The position numbers were made by a program, and so were the translations under genes. Below the pieces are notes generated by a model, which made no database searches, was not told the origin of the DNA, and saw nothing but the letters and a program-made list of their open reading frames with translations. DNA of 64,000 nucleotides from Candidatus Poribacteria bacterium. Lineage in GTDB: Bacteria; Poribacteria; WGA-4E; WGA-3G. The first letter of the stretch is position 1. Each line of letters begins with the position of its first letter. The stretch lies in NCBI GenBank assembly GCA_965208735.1, contig CBDBPM010000002.1, positions 3,699,687 to 3,763,686 of the forward strand, read 5' to 3'. Positions 9,513 to 20,610 of the stretch are shown in pieces.

Positions 9513-11675
9513 TTGACCGATAACTTATTAAGATCCTTAAATGATGTCCAACGCAAAGCAGTCCAACATGTTGAAGGTCCGGCTCTTTGTCTTCTTTCTG
9601 CTGCTGGTAGCGGCAAAACGCGCGTCATCACACACCGTATCGCCTACTTGATTGCACACTATGATGTTTCCCCTTTCCGTATTCTTGCTGTAACCTTCAC
9701 CAACAAAGCGGCAAATGAAATGAAAGAACGACTTGATGCCCTAATTGGCGAAAATATTAGTAAGGATATTTGGGTGTCAACCTTCCATGCGACTTGTGCT
9801 CGAATCTTGCGACAAGAAATTGATAAATTAGAGGATTATACTCGCTCCTTTACAATTTTTGACACGACTGACCAGGTTGTTGTTGTCAAAGAGGCTCTAA
9901 AGAAACTTGGACGCGAAAACAGACAATATAACCCGCGCGCTATTCTGAGTCATATTAGCCGTGCTAAAAACGATTTTCTCAAACCCGCTGCTTATGCTGA
10001 CATTGCAGGTGACTACTTTGAAGAGATTGTCGCGCAGGTTTACCCCATATATCAAGATTTGCTCTGTCGAAATAACGCCCTTGATTTCGATGACTTGCTT
10101 CTCTTGACTCTAGAATTGTTTGATGATCATCCGGATGTGCTTGAACGCTACCAACACAAGTTTAAGCACATCCTTGTTGATGAATTTCAAGATACCAATC
10201 AGTGTCAATATCGGATTGTGAAACAATTGGCTAAACCGCACGGAAATCTCTGTGTTGTTGGTGATGACGATCAATCTATTTATGCCTTTCGTGGTGCTGA
10301 TATTAGAAATATTCTCAACTTTGAAGAAGATTACAAGGATGCCGAAGTATTCCCTTTAGAGCAAAACTACCGATCTACAAAAAATATCTTAGATGCGGCG
10401 TGGAGTGTAGTGCGCAACAACAAGGCTCGGAAAAAAAAGCGGCTTTGGACTGAAAACGACAAAGGGGACCCTGTCTTTTGCTATGAAGCAGTTAACGAAA
10501 ACGACGAAGCTAACTACGTCGCCACGCAGATTGAAAATTTGCACGTGGAGGGGGTTGACTACGCGGACTTTGCCATTTTTTATCGGACTACCGCACAATC
10601 CCGAGTCTTTGAAGAGGCATTCCGAGCAGCAAACATTCCGTATCAGATTGTCGGCGGTGTCGGTTTCTATGACCGAATGGAAATTAAAGATCTTCTTGCC
10701 TACCTCCGTGTAATATGCAATCCTGACGATTCAATTAGCCTCCGACGTATTATCAACATTCCAGGGCGCGGTATTGGCATGAAAACGATTCAGCGGCTCA
10801 TTGATTTTGCAGCCAGCGAACGGATCTCCTTGTTTGAGGCAGTCAAGCGCGTTAATGAGATCTCACAAATTAGTGGTGGTATTAAGACGAAGGTGAAAAA
10901 GTTTAATAACATCTTTGACAGCTTAAGTGACGATATCCTACCTTCCGATGCCTTATATCATATTTTACAAACTACAAAATATCTTGAAAACCTTGAGGGT
11001 CAGAACACCCTTGAGGCGCAGGGTAGAATTGAAAATATTGAACAACTGATTAATGCAATCACTGAGTACGAAACCTATTCCTCTGCCCCGTCTCTTGCTG
11101 ATTACCTAGAAAATGTTGCCCTTACAATGGATGTAGATGCTATGGAAACTGACGAGACGAATGTAGTACCATTAATGACTCTGCATAGTGCTAAAGGCTT
11201 GGAATTTCCGTTTGTTTTCATCGTCGGTGTGGAAGAAGGGTATCTCCCTCATCAACGCTCCATTGACGCGGCAACAGCAGCGGAATTAGAGGAAGAACGT
11301 CGTCTTTGCTACGTCGGAATAACACGAGCGATGGAGCGTCTCTATCTTGTTCATGCGGATGCGAGACGAATATTTGGTAATTCAGAATATCGTACTCCAT
11401 CACGCTTTATCTCTGAGATTCCCGATCAGCTCATCAAGCATGTTGACCGGTACCATTCTCCATTTCACGAATCGACGGGCTTGTATGAAGAGGTACCTGA
11501 GGATGCAGATGATTACTCGGTTGACCAGATTGTCCATCATCCGCAATTCGGAAGGGGTAAGATAACGAAAGTCACTGGTGCTGGGCAGAATGTTTATATC
11601 ACTGTTCGGTTTAGTCGTGCTGGCATGACAAGGCGATTCGCCGCTTCGCTTGCCCCGCTGACAATGTCTGATTAA
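9513..11675 (+). CDS. uvrD: ATP-dependent DNA helicase, UvrD/PcrA family
   Basis: Superfamily 1 helicase motifs: AAGSGKTRVITHRIAYLI (motif I), TFTNKAANEM, VDEFQDTN, and the C-terminal VTLMTLHSAKGLEFPFVFIVG. TTG start preceded by AAGGGG. Confidence 0.85.
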   Translation: MTDNLLRSLNDVQRKAVQHVEGPALCLLSAAGSGKTRVITHRIAYLIAHYDVSPFRILAVTFTNKAANEMKERLDALIGENISKDIWVSTFHATCARILRQEIDKLEDYTRSFTIFDTTDQVVVVKEALKKLGRENRQYNPRAILSHISRAKNDFLKPAAYADIAGDYFEEIVAQVYPIYQDLLCRNNALDFDDLLLLTLELFDDHPDVLERYQHKFKHILVDEFQDTNQCQYRIVKQLAKPHGNLCVVGDDDQSIYAFRGADIRNILNFEEDYKDAEVFPLEQNYRSTKNILDAAWSVVRNNKARKKKRLWTENDKGDPVFCYEAVNENDEANYVATQIENLHVEGVDYADFAIFYRTTAQSRVFEEAFRAANIPYQIVGGVGFYDRMEIKDLLAYLRVICNPDDSISLRRIINIPGRGIGMKTIQRLIDFAASERISLFEAVKRVNEISQISGGIKTKVKKFNNIFDSLSDDILPSDALYHILQTTKYLENLEGQNTLEAQGRIENIEQLINAITEYETYSSAPSLADYLENVALTMDVDAMETDETNVVPLMTLHSAKGLEFPFVFIVGVEEGYLPHQRSIDAATAAELEEERRLCYVGITRAMERLYLVHADARRIFGNSEYRTPSRFISEIPDQLIKHVDRYHSPFHESTGLYEEVPEDADDYSVDQIVHHPQFGRGKITKVTGAGQNVYITVRFSRAGMTRRFAASLAPLTMSD

Positions 11676-11696
11676 TAAGGAGATACTCTACGAAAA

Positions 11697-12029
11697 ATGG
11701 CAACGATTACGACGGAAGGCGTACGCCATGTCGCAAACTTGGCACGCCTTGAATTTAACGATGAAGAGACAGAACACTTTACCGAGCAACTTGCCCGAAT
11801 TCTGGAATATATCGGGAAGTTGAATGAACTTGAGACAGATGATGTGCCACCGACATCGCACATCCATCCGCACCAAGTTTTCATTATGGGTTCGCAAGAG
11901 GGGGCAGCGCATGTCGCCAAACCAGATGTTGTCAAGCCTTCCTATCCCCGCGAAGAAGTCCTCTCTAACGCACCTGAACCTGAAGAAGGATACTTCGGCG
12001 TTCCCAGAGTAGTTGATAGGGATTCTTAA
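11697..12029 (+). CDS. gatC: Asp-tRNA(Asn)/Glu-tRNA(Gln) amidotransferase subunit C
   Basis: MATITTEGVRHVANLARLEFNDEETEHFTEQLARILEYIGKLNELETDDVPPTSH is the canonical GatC sequence. RBS TAAGGAG. Confidence 0.85.
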   Translation: MATITTEGVRHVANLARLEFNDEETEHFTEQLARILEYIGKLNELETDDVPPTSHIHPHQVFIMGSQEGAAHVAKPDVVKPSYPREEVLSNAPEPEEGYFGVPRVVDRDS

Positions 12030-12173
12030 GCGAAGCTCAGGCAACGCGCCGAACCGCAAAGAAAATTAAAAAAAGTTACAAAGAACGATAGTCCGTAATG
12101 AAATGGAGGACGGGTTACGTAAAGGCGGTTGAAGTAACCAACCCGCCTGACCGAACCGCAAGGAAAGTTAAAA

Positions 12174-13649
12174 ATGCTTTATGAATTGACGGCACATGCT
12201 TTACACGAGAAACTCAAAGCGCGTGAGATTACCGCTGTGGAACTCACAGAATCTGTCTATGCGCGTATTACTGAAGTGGAGTCGCATGTCAAAGGCTATT
12301 TGACGCTAACGAAAGATTTGGCTTTGGAGCAAGCGAATCGTGCCGACGCGGGATTTCAAAACGGAGATGAGATGCCGCCGCTCGCGGGTATCCCAATCGC
12401 GATTAAAGATGTGATATGCACCAAAGGTGTACGGACAACCTGCGGTTCTAAAATCCTCGAAAACTTTGTGCCTCCATACAATGCGACCGTCATGGCGAAA
12501 CTCTACGAGCAGGGCGTTGTCATGGTCGGTAAAACGAATATGGACGAATTCGCGATGGGGTCCTCTACCGAAAACTCGGCGTATCAAATTACCCATAACC
12601 CATGGAATCTGGACACTATTCCTGGCGGTTCAAGTGGCGGTTCTGCCGCAGTTGTATCAGCGGATACGGCAATCTGTTCACTCGGTTCAGACACGGGTGG
12701 TTCGATTCGACAACCCGCAGCACTCTGTGGGGTCGTCGGGATGAAACCGACGTATGGGCGCGTCTCTCGCTATGGACTCGTCGCTTTTGCCTCTTCACTC
12801 GACCAGATCGGTCCGTTTACCAAAGATGTTACCGATTGTGCTTTGTTGCTCAATGCTATCTGCGGCAGCGACGCGATGGATGCTACCTCCGTTGATGTCC
12901 CCGTGCCTGATTTTACGCAGGGTCTCATTAACGACGTAAATGGTTTAAGAATCGGTGTGCCGAAAGAGTATTCCACACCGGCATTGGACACAGAAATTGC
13001 AGATAGTGTTCAAAATGCGACTGCTGTTCTTGAAAGCCTCGGGGCGACCGTTGAAGAAATATCCTTGCCACATACGGAGTATGCAATCGCGACGTATTAC
13101 ATCATTGCCCCCGCTGAAGCGAGCGCGAATCTCGCAAGATACGACGGAGTCCGTTATGGATACCGCAACGAAAACCCTGAAGATCTAATCGGGATGTACA
13201 AAAAGACGCGAAGCGAAGGGTTTGGCGAAGAAGTAAAACGTCGAATTATGCTCGGTACTTTTGCCCTGAGCGCCGGTTATCAAGATGCTTATTATAAAAA
13301 AGCACAGAAGGCACGGACGCTGATCAAATCTGATTTTGATGCCGCATTTGAGAAGGTTGATGTTATCGCAACACCTACCTCGCCGACACCAGCGTTCAAA
13401 ATAGGAGAGCGGATTGCGGATCCGTTGCAGATGTATCTTTCTGATGTTATGACAACGCCTGCAAGTCACGCCGGGTTGCCCGGTATCTCTGTGCCGTGCG
13501 GCTTCGTCCAAAGCGGGCTGCCGGTCGGATTGCAACTCCTCGGCGCGCCTTTCGCAGAAGAGAAAGTGCTGCAAGTTGCCTATACTTTTGAACAGAATAC
13601 CGAACATCATCGGCAGAAACCACAAATCCAGATGAATGGAGCTGTTTGA
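12174..13649 (+). CDS. gatA: Glutamyl-tRNA(Gln) amidotransferase subunit A
   Basis: Amidase signature ([13 protein letters not shown], Ser-cisSer-Lys region). GatA-like over its full length. Confidence 0.9.
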   Translation: MLYELTAHALHEKLKAREITAVELTESVYARITEVESHVKGYLTLTKDLALEQANRADAGFQNGDEMPPLAGIPIAIKDVICTKGVRTTCGSKILENFVPPYNATVMAKLYEQGVVMVGKTNMDEFAMGSSTENSAYQITHNPWNLDTIPGGSSGGSAAVVSADTAICSLGSDTGGSIRQPAALCGVVGMKPTYGRVSRYGLVAFASSLDQIGPFTKDVTDCALLLNAICGSDAMDATSVDVPVPDFTQGLINDVNGLRIGVPKEYSTPALDTEIADSVQNATAVLESLGATVEEISLPHTEYAIATYYIIAPAEASANLARYDGVRYGYRNENPEDLIGMYKKTRSEGFGEEVKRRIMLGTFALSAGYQDAYYKKAQKARTLIKSDFDAAFEKVDVIATPTSPTPAFKIGERIADPLQMYLSDVMTTPASHAGLPGISVPCGFVQSGLPVGLQLLGAPFAEEKVLQVAYTFEQNTEHHRQKPQIQMNGAV

Positions 13650-13651
13650 CA

Positions 13652-14134
13652 ATGAACACCGTGATAGCACCGCTTGGCGGGCTCCTTGGTGCAATACTTG
13701 GTGGTGTACTTTGGGCAAAGTATATCCAGTGGACAGGACACACCGCTGGCTTCATTGCTATCGGTATCGGTCTATTGACTGGGGTAGGGATACTCTTTAC
13801 AAGTAGCCGATGCCTTGAGCGTGAGGCAAGAACAATGTGGCGTGTTGTCAGTATTGCCGCTGCATTCTTCGCGATACTCGGTATCTTTATCGGAAAATAT
13901 CTGGATGTCCAGTGGAATGCGGTTGCACAAATCGCGGAGCAACTCAGCCGGGAGCATAATATATCATTGGAGCAAGCCATGCCGACAGCGACAATTGTGT
14001 TTAAGGGGCAATCTGTCTGGGAACTGATGCAGGCGCGGATGATTGGCATCTATGACCTGCTTTACGGTGCAGCAGCTGCCTTTATCGCTTTTCGCATCCC
14101 AAATATTCAGCGATTACGAAACTTTTTTTATTAA
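13652..14134 (+). CDS. Small integral membrane protein, translationally coupled to gatA
   Basis: Its ATG overlaps the gatA stop (TGACAATG). About four predicted TM segments. No recognisable family. Confidence 0.5.
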   Translation: MNTVIAPLGGLLGAILGGVLWAKYIQWTGHTAGFIAIGIGLLTGVGILFTSSRCLEREARTMWRVVSIAAAFFAILGIFIGKYLDVQWNAVAQIAEQLSREHNISLEQAMPTATIVFKGQSVWELMQARMIGIYDLLYGAAAAFIAFRIPNIQRLRNFFY

Positions 14135-14227
14135 TTTGGGCTTACATAAATTCCATGTTTCTGCAGCTCGATTTCCAACCGCGCCCTTCCAAAGCGCGAC
14201 AGAAACATGCCTGCAGGAGGAGAAAAA

Positions 14228-15679
14228 ATGAAACTTCTAACAATACGTTCTGGAAACCTACAAACTTCAGCCAAAATCTCTTTTCACATTTTGTTATCTA
14301 TATTTCTGGTCTGCATGTTCCTGCCACTCAGTTGGAGTTCGGAAGAGACAGGAAAGACGGCTGATGATAAACTGCTGGAGAGCATCGCGCTCTTTTCAGA
14401 TGTCTTGGCTTATGTCCAACAGTCTCATCTTGATACACCCGATAGTAAAGAGATCATAGAGGGCGCAATCAAGGGGATGCTTCGCGAATTAGATCCATAC
14501 AGCCAATTTATTCCGGATTATCTTGAATTTCAGACCCAGAACCAAGGCAAGTACGGCGGGCTCGGTATGGTCATCGGTTTTCGGGAAGATATGTTGACTG
14601 TGGTTACACCCTTTAAAAATAATCCGGCTGCGTTGGCGGGCGTTCAGAATGGGGACATCATCAGTCGCATTGAAGGCGAATCTACAGCCCCACTGTCCTT
14701 GAGCGATGCTGTAGACCAGCTCCGTGGTGAACCGGGAACCCCTGTTTCTATCACAATCATACGAGAAAACGAGAGTCGCCCGATTGAACTTACCATTACC
14801 CGTGACGTCATCCGGATTCCGAGTGTTGAACAAGATATTATCGGAGATAACATCGGATACATCAAAATCAATCAATTCCTTCAAACAACAGCAAATGATG
14901 TCGATAATGCCCTCGCTGAGTTCAATGCAAAAAATGTCCGTGGCGTTATCCTTGACCTCCGCTCAAATCCGGGTGGTCTACTTTCTTCCGCTGTTGATAT
15001 CGCCAGCGATTTTCTGACACCCGGTCAACTCATTGTTTACAGTCAAGGGCTTGAATCACGAGAGGACTTCCCCGCGAAAGGAATAAAAAGAGAGAATTTT
15101 CCACTAATTGTCCTCGTCGACAATGGAAGCGCGAGTGCCTCTGAGATCGTCGCGGGGGCTATCAAAGACCATGGGCGCGGGCTCGTCATGGGCGACAAGA
15201 CCTTTGGAAAAGCATCTGTCCAACGTGTGTTCCAGTTGCGTAATTCAAAAGCTGCCGTGAAACTAACCGTTGCGCGTTATTATACACCCAACGGCGTTGA
15301 TATTGATAAAATTGGCATTATCCCCGATGTCGAATCAGCAGGATTTAGTCGTTCTGAACAACAGATGCTGGAGTCGAAACTCCAAAATCATGAGAAACTT
15401 AAAGCCTTTATAGAAGAGAATGGCGATGACGTGTTAGAGAAACTTGCCGCTGCTGAACACGCCGCTCGCGACGATCTGCAAGCCGCAAAACAGCGACGGA
15501 GTTACCAACGCTTGAGCGACGCGCTTGCTGAAGAGCAAATTGTTCTGAGTGATTTCGGCATTAAATTCGCACTTGCGCGGATCACGGAAACATCCCGTGA
15601 CGAACTGATGCACGATCCGCAGATTGTCGCCGCTATGGATCAGTTGAAGGTACTTGAACTCTTTGGAAATAAAAACTAA
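14228..15679 (+). CDS. ctpA: Carboxyl-terminal processing protease, S41 family (CtpA/Prc-like)
   Basis: Signal peptide/TM at the N-terminus, a PDZ segment (GLGMVIGF...AGVQNGDIISRIEG), and an S41 catalytic region (VLDLRSNPGG, VLVDNGSASASEIVAGAIKDHGRG...GKASVQ). Start set at the ATG that follows GGAGGAG. Confidence 0.8.
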   Translation: MKLLTIRSGNLQTSAKISFHILLSIFLVCMFLPLSWSSEETGKTADDKLLESIALFSDVLAYVQQSHLDTPDSKEIIEGAIKGMLRELDPYSQFIPDYLEFQTQNQGKYGGLGMVIGFREDMLTVVTPFKNNPAALAGVQNGDIISRIEGESTAPLSLSDAVDQLRGEPGTPVSITIIRENESRPIELTITRDVIRIPSVEQDIIGDNIGYIKINQFLQTTANDVDNALAEFNAKNVRGVILDLRSNPGGLLSSAVDIASDFLTPGQLIVYSQGLESREDFPAKGIKRENFPLIVLVDNGSASASEIVAGAIKDHGRGLVMGDKTFGKASVQRVFQLRNSKAAVKLTVARYYTPNGVDIDKIGIIPDVESAGFSRSEQQMLESKLQNHEKLKAFIEENGDDVLEKLAAAEHAARDDLQAAKQRRSYQRLSDALAEEQIVLSDFGIKFALARITETSRDELMHDPQIVAAMDQLKVLELFGNKN

Positions 15680-15691
15680 CGGAGGAATTAG

Positions 15692-17152
15692 ATGCCTGAA
15701 GTCCAAACACCACTATCAAACTATATTAATAGTGAGTGGCAAAAATCAGAGGCGGCTGAACTGATTGACGTTACGAATCCAGCAACTGGAGAAGTCCTCG
15801 TCCAAGTACCGCTTTCACCCGCTGAAGAAGTGCATCAAGCTGCGACTGCTGCTGCCGAAGCACTCCACGAGTGGCGACGTACCCCGCCTGTTCAACGCAT
15901 TCAATATCTCTTTACCTTAAAAAATCTCCTTGAGGAAAACTTAGACGACATCGCGAGAACGATTACGTTGGAGTGTGGTAAGACAGTTGACGAGGCAAAA
16001 GGCGAAATGCGACGTGCTATCGAAAACGTTGAGGTGGCGTGCGGCATCCCGACGCTCATGCAAGGCACGAACTTAGAGGATATCGCCACCGGTATTGATG
16101 AATTCATGATTCGTCAACCCGTCGGCGTATGTGCTGCGATCGCGCCTTTTAACTTCCCAGGGATGATTACCTTCTGGTTTTTACCTTACGCGATTGCTTG
16201 CGGCAACACTTACATCGTCAAACCCTCCGAAAAAGTACCGCTCACGATGCAAAAGATATTCCAACTGCTTGAGCAGACAGGATTGCCTAAAGGCGTGGTC
16301 AACCTTGTTAATGGCGGACGCGAGACTGTAGATGCTATCTTAACACATCCAGATATCCGCGGCGTTAGTTTTGTCGGTGCGACTGAAACCGCAAAAGCCA
16401 TCTATGCGAAAGCCGCTGCAAACGGGAAACGTGTCCAGTGCCAAGGCGGTGCGAAAAATCCACTGATTGTGCTGCCAGACGCTGATCCACAGTTTACTGT
16501 GAATGCTACAGCGGAGAGCGCGTTCGGGTGTGCCGGTCAACGCTGTCTTGCGGCATCCCTTGCACTTACTGTCGGTGGTGCGCGGAATTGGTTTACAAAA
16601 GCCATCGCTGATACCGCTACTGATCGGGTTGTCGGAAACGGATTGGAGGATGGGGTCGAAATGGGGCCCGTTATCACTGCCGAAAGCCAGAAGCGAATTG
16701 AGGGGCTAATTCAGGCAGGTGCTGATGAAGGTGCACAGGTTCTTGTTGATGGTCGGTACCCAAGCATCTCCGGTGGTGAAAACGGTAATTTCATCCGTCC
16801 GACGATTCTTAACGGTCTTAACCCGGAAGGCGAGATCGCCAAGACTGAAATCTTCGGACCCGTTTTAGGGCTTATCCATGTTGAAACGATTGACGATGCA
16901 ATTGAACTCATCAATAGCGGCAGCTACGGCAATATGGCATGTCTCTTTACGAGTAGTGGCGCGTCTGCCCGAAAGTTCCGCTATGAAGCAGAGATCGGAA
17001 ACATCGGCATTAACATCGGTGTTGCTGCGCCAATGGCATTCTTCCCCTTCAGCGGTTGGAAAGATAGTTTCTTCGGCGACCTCCACGGTCAGAGTTGGGA
17101 TGCTGTAGATTTCTTCACACAGAAGAAAGTCGTCGTTGAACGCTGGGCGTAA
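15692..17152 (+). CDS. mmsA: CoA-acylating methylmalonate-semialdehyde dehydrogenase (IolA/MmsA)
   Basis: Near-collinear match to the IolA/MmsA pattern: [100 protein letters not shown]. Confidence 0.85.
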   Translation: MPEVQTPLSNYINSEWQKSEAAELIDVTNPATGEVLVQVPLSPAEEVHQAATAAAEALHEWRRTPPVQRIQYLFTLKNLLEENLDDIARTITLECGKTVDEAKGEMRRAIENVEVACGIPTLMQGTNLEDIATGIDEFMIRQPVGVCAAIAPFNFPGMITFWFLPYAIACGNTYIVKPSEKVPLTMQKIFQLLEQTGLPKGVVNLVNGGRETVDAILTHPDIRGVSFVGATETAKAIYAKAAANGKRVQCQGGAKNPLIVLPDADPQFTVNATAESAFGCAGQRCLAASLALTVGGARNWFTKAIADTATDRVVGNGLEDGVEMGPVITAESQKRIEGLIQAGADEGAQVLVDGRYPSISGGENGNFIRPTILNGLNPEGEIAKTEIFGPVLGLIHVETIDDAIELINSGSYGNMACLFTSSGASARKFRYEAEIGNIGINIGVAAPMAFFPFSGWKDSFFGDLHGQSWDAVDFFTQKKVVVERWA

Positions 17153-17183
17153 TTTTCATAGCAGTATTTTTTCCAATTCGGTA

Positions 17184-17216
17184 GGCGCGCTTTGCAAGCG
17201 CGCCGATATTTTTTGG
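17184..17216. terminator. Bidirectional rho-independent terminator between convergent mmsA and the 17286-19271 gene
   Basis: GGCGCGC tttgcaa GCGCGCC stem-loop, flanked by T-runs on both strands (TATTTTTT on each side). Confidence 0.6.
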
Positions 17217-17285
17217 AAATACTCTGTCTTTTCGACTTTGCTGGCGAGGCTTAATCTCGCCTTATAGTGCTTATCGCGTTCATGC

Positions 17286-19271
17286 TCACCACGGCTGCCT
17301 ATATGACGGCGAATTCGCGAAACGTTCCATCCCCAATTCCAAATCAATCTCTGTGTTCGGTGGCAGCTGGACACGGAGATACATGCCATTGACCGGAACT
17401 GTTCGCACTGCCTGACCGATGTTAGCGCGTGCTGAAGTGAAGTTGTGCTCACCCATCGCACCTGCTTGCACAATAACTTCCCTTGATGCTGTTTTATTCA
17501 GATTGACAAGCTGCAGTCCGGTTGTATTCGCTGTCATTTTTGTAACCAATGCACCAACATCTGGTGGAAGTCCCGGTCGCTGCTGTTGTGCGTCAAAGTG
17601 CCGCAGCCGTGTCACGAACATGCCTCCGTTGTAATGCGGTAGCGGAGTGCCACAAGTAAGTTGAACCAACCCTTCACACGTAATTGGGTTACGTCGCTGG
17701 AAATAGGCATCTCCATAACTGGCTGGATCTTCATCGTCGTTATCCATAAAATTCAGACGTGCCTCGACTTGCGAGAGGTTGTGATTGAGGATCGCTTCTG
17801 GGTATTCAGGATATTCACCCCGCATATATGCCAACCATGCACCGTCATGTCCACCGCTATCCTTCGTATGATGCCAAGCGTTGATGTCAAATTTCGATCC
17901 CGTCTTTTTAGCGATGTTCTCTGCGCGTTTTTGATCTGTCTGATCCATTGACAGTGCCCATAGATGCGCAACATCCGAGGCGTGCATCGGCATGAATTCA
18001 AACCAGCCGTCCACCTGCAAAGCCGTGCCACCCTCGTTTGTAATTGGATACTGCAACCACGAACCCGGAACATAGTTAACCTTACCCGGATCGCCATACT
18101 TCTGTGGGACGTAGAGTTGATCGTTCTGCTCAATCCCTCTCTCAATTAAAACGTCAATCTGTGAGCGCGGAAAATCAAGATACGCCAAATCTCGCCAGAG
18201 CAACGCCGCATTCTGTCCAGCGATACTTACTGCTTGTCCGACGCTATGCCATCCATGCGGCCAACTCCACCCATAGTATGAACCATACCACTTACCGTCT
18301 ATATGTTCACCAATCTTACCTGAAAGTCCGACATTGTCTGGAACGATTCCGCCGTTTTCCGCTGTACGTTCTATCCACGCCTCAACATATTCCCGTACCC
18401 ACGCTTTATATTTATCTTCACCGGTTAGGAGATAAGCATTGGCAGCAAGCGTCGTGGCGGCGAGGTTGACGACTGTATCTCCGACACCTTGCCGTTCCCT
18501 GATAAGCTGCCCCATGCGTATGCGCAGTGCCTCATTTTCCCGCACCGCTTCATGGCTCGTGCCGCCCGGTATATCGTAGAACGGCATATTATAGCCGTCC
18601 CAGGGCCAATATGGGTGTCCAGCAAAAGCCCAAAACGCCGGTCCTTTACTACCGTTCATAGCGCACTTGATGATTTTGTGCTGCGGGTCGTAGTTCAGTG
18701 CATCAGGGTCTTCGTTCATAAAAAACCCCGCAAACCGTTTTGCCCGTTCAATGTGCTTAGGGTTTGACGGGTCCGCCATGCAGAGCATATAAAAAAGGTA
18801 GTTTCCCTCGCTTTGATGAAACCAGTCATAACCGGGTTGATACTCCTTCACGACCATCGGGTAACCGTGACCGGTACCATATCGCGCCATATCATTTGTG
18901 ATGACATCGAATTCCGTATCTGCGTCAACCAAGAATTGCGTATCACCACCGAGCATATAAAAGAGGGGCCAGTTATGAAAACTTTCATAAGCATCGTCCA
19001 ATCCGTCAATACTCTGAAAGTCTGGATTCGTTGGCCAGAGCAGTGTGCCATCTGGACGCGTATATTTCTGTAAGACTTCTGGTCCTGCTGCGTTCATTTT
19101 ATCAATGAGTTCGCGTTCAAGGACTGCCCACGTCGGTGGTGTTTGGATGTGCGTCTGCGCTTCAATCGTTGGAAACACGATTTTTACCCCTGACATTTGG
19201 ATTGCAATTGGTTGCAGTATATCATATTTTCGTGTATTCGTGAAACTTATGTTTTTGGGCACCAGAGACAT
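17286..19271 (-). CDS. Large hypothetical protein, possibly a polysaccharide-active (alpha/alpha)6-type enzyme
   Basis: Uninterrupted 661 aa ORF with uniform codon usage. Aromatic- and Trp-rich (WSWPHGWHS, DGWFEFMPMH), as in glycoside hydrolase or lyase folds. No family identified with confidence. Confidence 0.55.
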   Translation of the reverse strand: MSLVPKNISFTNTRKYDILQPIAIQMSGVKIVFPTIEAQTHIQTPPTWAVLERELIDKMNAAGPEVLQKYTRPDGTLLWPTNPDFQSIDGLDDAYESFHNWPLFYMLGGDTQFLVDADTEFDVITNDMARYGTGHGYPMVVKEYQPGYDWFHQSEGNYLFYMLCMADPSNPKHIERAKRFAGFFMNEDPDALNYDPQHKIIKCAMNGSKGPAFWAFAGHPYWPWDGYNMPFYDIPGGTSHEAVRENEALRIRMGQLIRERQGVGDTVVNLAATTLAANAYLLTGEDKYKAWVREYVEAWIERTAENGGIVPDNVGLSGKIGEHIDGKWYGSYYGWSWPHGWHSVGQAVSIAGQNAALLWRDLAYLDFPRSQIDVLIERGIEQNDQLYVPQKYGDPGKVNYVPGSWLQYPITNEGGTALQVDGWFEFMPMHASDVAHLWALSMDQTDQKRAENIAKKTGSKFDINAWHHTKDSGGHDGAWLAYMRGEYPEYPEAILNHNLSQVEARLNFMDNDDEDPASYGDAYFQRRNPITCEGLVQLTCGTPLPHYNGGMFVTRLRHFDAQQQRPGLPPDVGALVTKMTANTTGLQLVNLNKTASREVIVQAGAMGEHNFTSARANIGQAVRTVPVNGMYLRVQLPPNTEIDLELGMERFANSPSYRQPW

Positions 19272-19584
19272 TCAATTGTCCATTTTTCGATCGAATTTTC
19301 ACCCCGGGCCCGGTAGGTTCGGTTTTTGCGGCGTACACGCCCAGATGCGAAGTGCATCGCGGTGTACTCACCCAAATTTTGCCCACACGCGGAGACCAAA
19401 TTTGTCTTTGCTTTACATTTGCGACTTGCATTCCAACCGAACCGGGTTCTAAGAGAAAATCTTGACCACTTCAAATCCTCTTGAATCCCATCTCAACCCC
19501 AGGTCCGGTAGGTTCGGTTTCCTAACCGAACCGGCTCCTTCAAAAAAAGATGTGAAACCCAATAATTTCTTAAAATTGAATGCC
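19265..19584. repeat. Composite intergenic repeat carrying CCGGTAGGTTCGGTTTCCTAACCGAACCGG hairpin units and a conserved 3' module (family shared with 28.7-29.2 kb and 46.8 kb)
   Basis: TCCATTTTTCGATCGAAT...CCGGTAGGTTCGGTTTT at the left end; GCATTCCAACCGAACCGG and CCGGCTCCTTCAAAAAAAGATGTGAAACCCAATAATTTCTTAAAATTGAATGC at the right end are near-identical to 29118-29174. Confidence 0.6.
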
Positions 19585-19710
19585 CTGATCATAGTTAGGT
19601 TTTCCTTGACATCTGGTCTCTTGTTATGATATGTTAATTCAGTAAAGTATATTGATTTGTATTACGTTAACTTGTGGTAAAAAATTACCGCTCGGAGTCT
19701 GGATGTACGT

Positions 19711-20583
19711 GTGCCAACTGATTTGCCATTAGGGATGGACATCTTAGAAATGACAGATAGTGAACTTTATGAAATAGGGATTAAAATCCTTACTGCTAAA
19801 CTCGGTGACTCTGAGGTGCCACGGTTTATTCGGCAGTGCAATCCCGGTAAAGGCGATTACTCTGTTGATCGACATAAATTGCTGGCAAATCAGCCCGGCA
19901 TTGACACCATTGTCAAGCGGATCCAAGATAGACGTGCGGCAAGGGAAGCAGAAGAACGCTCGCGTGCTAAAAGGTTTGCTATGCCTCAAAGTGAAATCCA
20001 AAAAATGACAGATATTGAGATTTCTGAAATCGGAAATCAGGTTCTTATCAATAAACTTGGCACAGCTGGATTGATAGGGTTTATCAGGATTTGCCAGGAA
20101 CTTAACGGTGGTTATCCTCGGGGACTGATTGAAAGTAGTGAAGAGGCTAAAGAATACATTAAACTTTACACTGCAAGCTTGATCTTAAATCCTAAAATAG
20201 TCGAAGACTACATTAAACGCGGCAATGCCTATAGTTACATTGGTGAGCATGACAAAGCCATTGCTGACTATGATCAGGCGATAAAACTCAAACCTAATTA
20301 TGCCAAAGCCTATTACAATCGCGGCAACGCTTATCGTGATAAAGTTGATTTTGACCAAGCTATCGCCGACTATACCAGAGCAATAGAACTCGAGCCCGAT
20401 TATGTTGATGCCTATTACAATCGCGGTAAACTTTACGATGAGATAAATGCGTATAACAAAGCCATTGAAGACTTTAGCACAGTGATAAAACTTGACCCTG
20501 AACATGCCGATGCATATAACTATCGTACTACGGTTTACCGCGATAAAGGCGAGTATGACAAAGCTAGGGAATCAGTCAGATAA
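19711..20583 (+). CDS. TPR-repeat protein with a duplicated N-terminal about 70 aa module
   Basis: The N-terminus has two copies of an (L/I)xxMTDxE(L/I)xEIGxx(I/V)LxxKLG...FIRx module, followed by at least five TPR units (AYYNRGNAYRDKVDFDQAIADYTRAIELEPDY...). GTG or ATG (19735) start. Confidence 0.7.
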   Translation: MPTDLPLGMDILEMTDSELYEIGIKILTAKLGDSEVPRFIRQCNPGKGDYSVDRHKLLANQPGIDTIVKRIQDRRAAREAEERSRAKRFAMPQSEIQKMTDIEISEIGNQVLINKLGTAGLIGFIRICQELNGGYPRGLIESSEEAKEYIKLYTASLILNPKIVEDYIKRGNAYSYIGEHDKAIADYDQAIKLKPNYAKAYYNRGNAYRDKVDFDQAIADYTRAIELEPDYVDAYYNRGKLYDEINAYNKAIEDFSTVIKLDPEHADAYNYRTTVYRDKGEYDKARESVR

Positions 20584-20610
20584 AGAAATTCTTCTTGTGA
20601 AGGAGGGCGA

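Noticed and set aside
17156-17473. 105 aa minus-strand ORF that overlaps the mmsA terminator and the 3' end of the 17286-19271 gene
   Set aside because: It overlaps a clear rho-independent terminator and the well-supported 661 aa ORF. Its composition is Cys- and Arg-rich and atypical. It is treated as spurious.
19606-19634. Sigma70 promoter TTGACA...ATATGT upstream of the first TPR gene
   Set aside because: The -35 box is consensus, but no acceptable -10 hexamer occurs at a 16-18 nt spacing (ATATGT, GATATG; TATGAT lies at only 13 nt). This is too weak to call.
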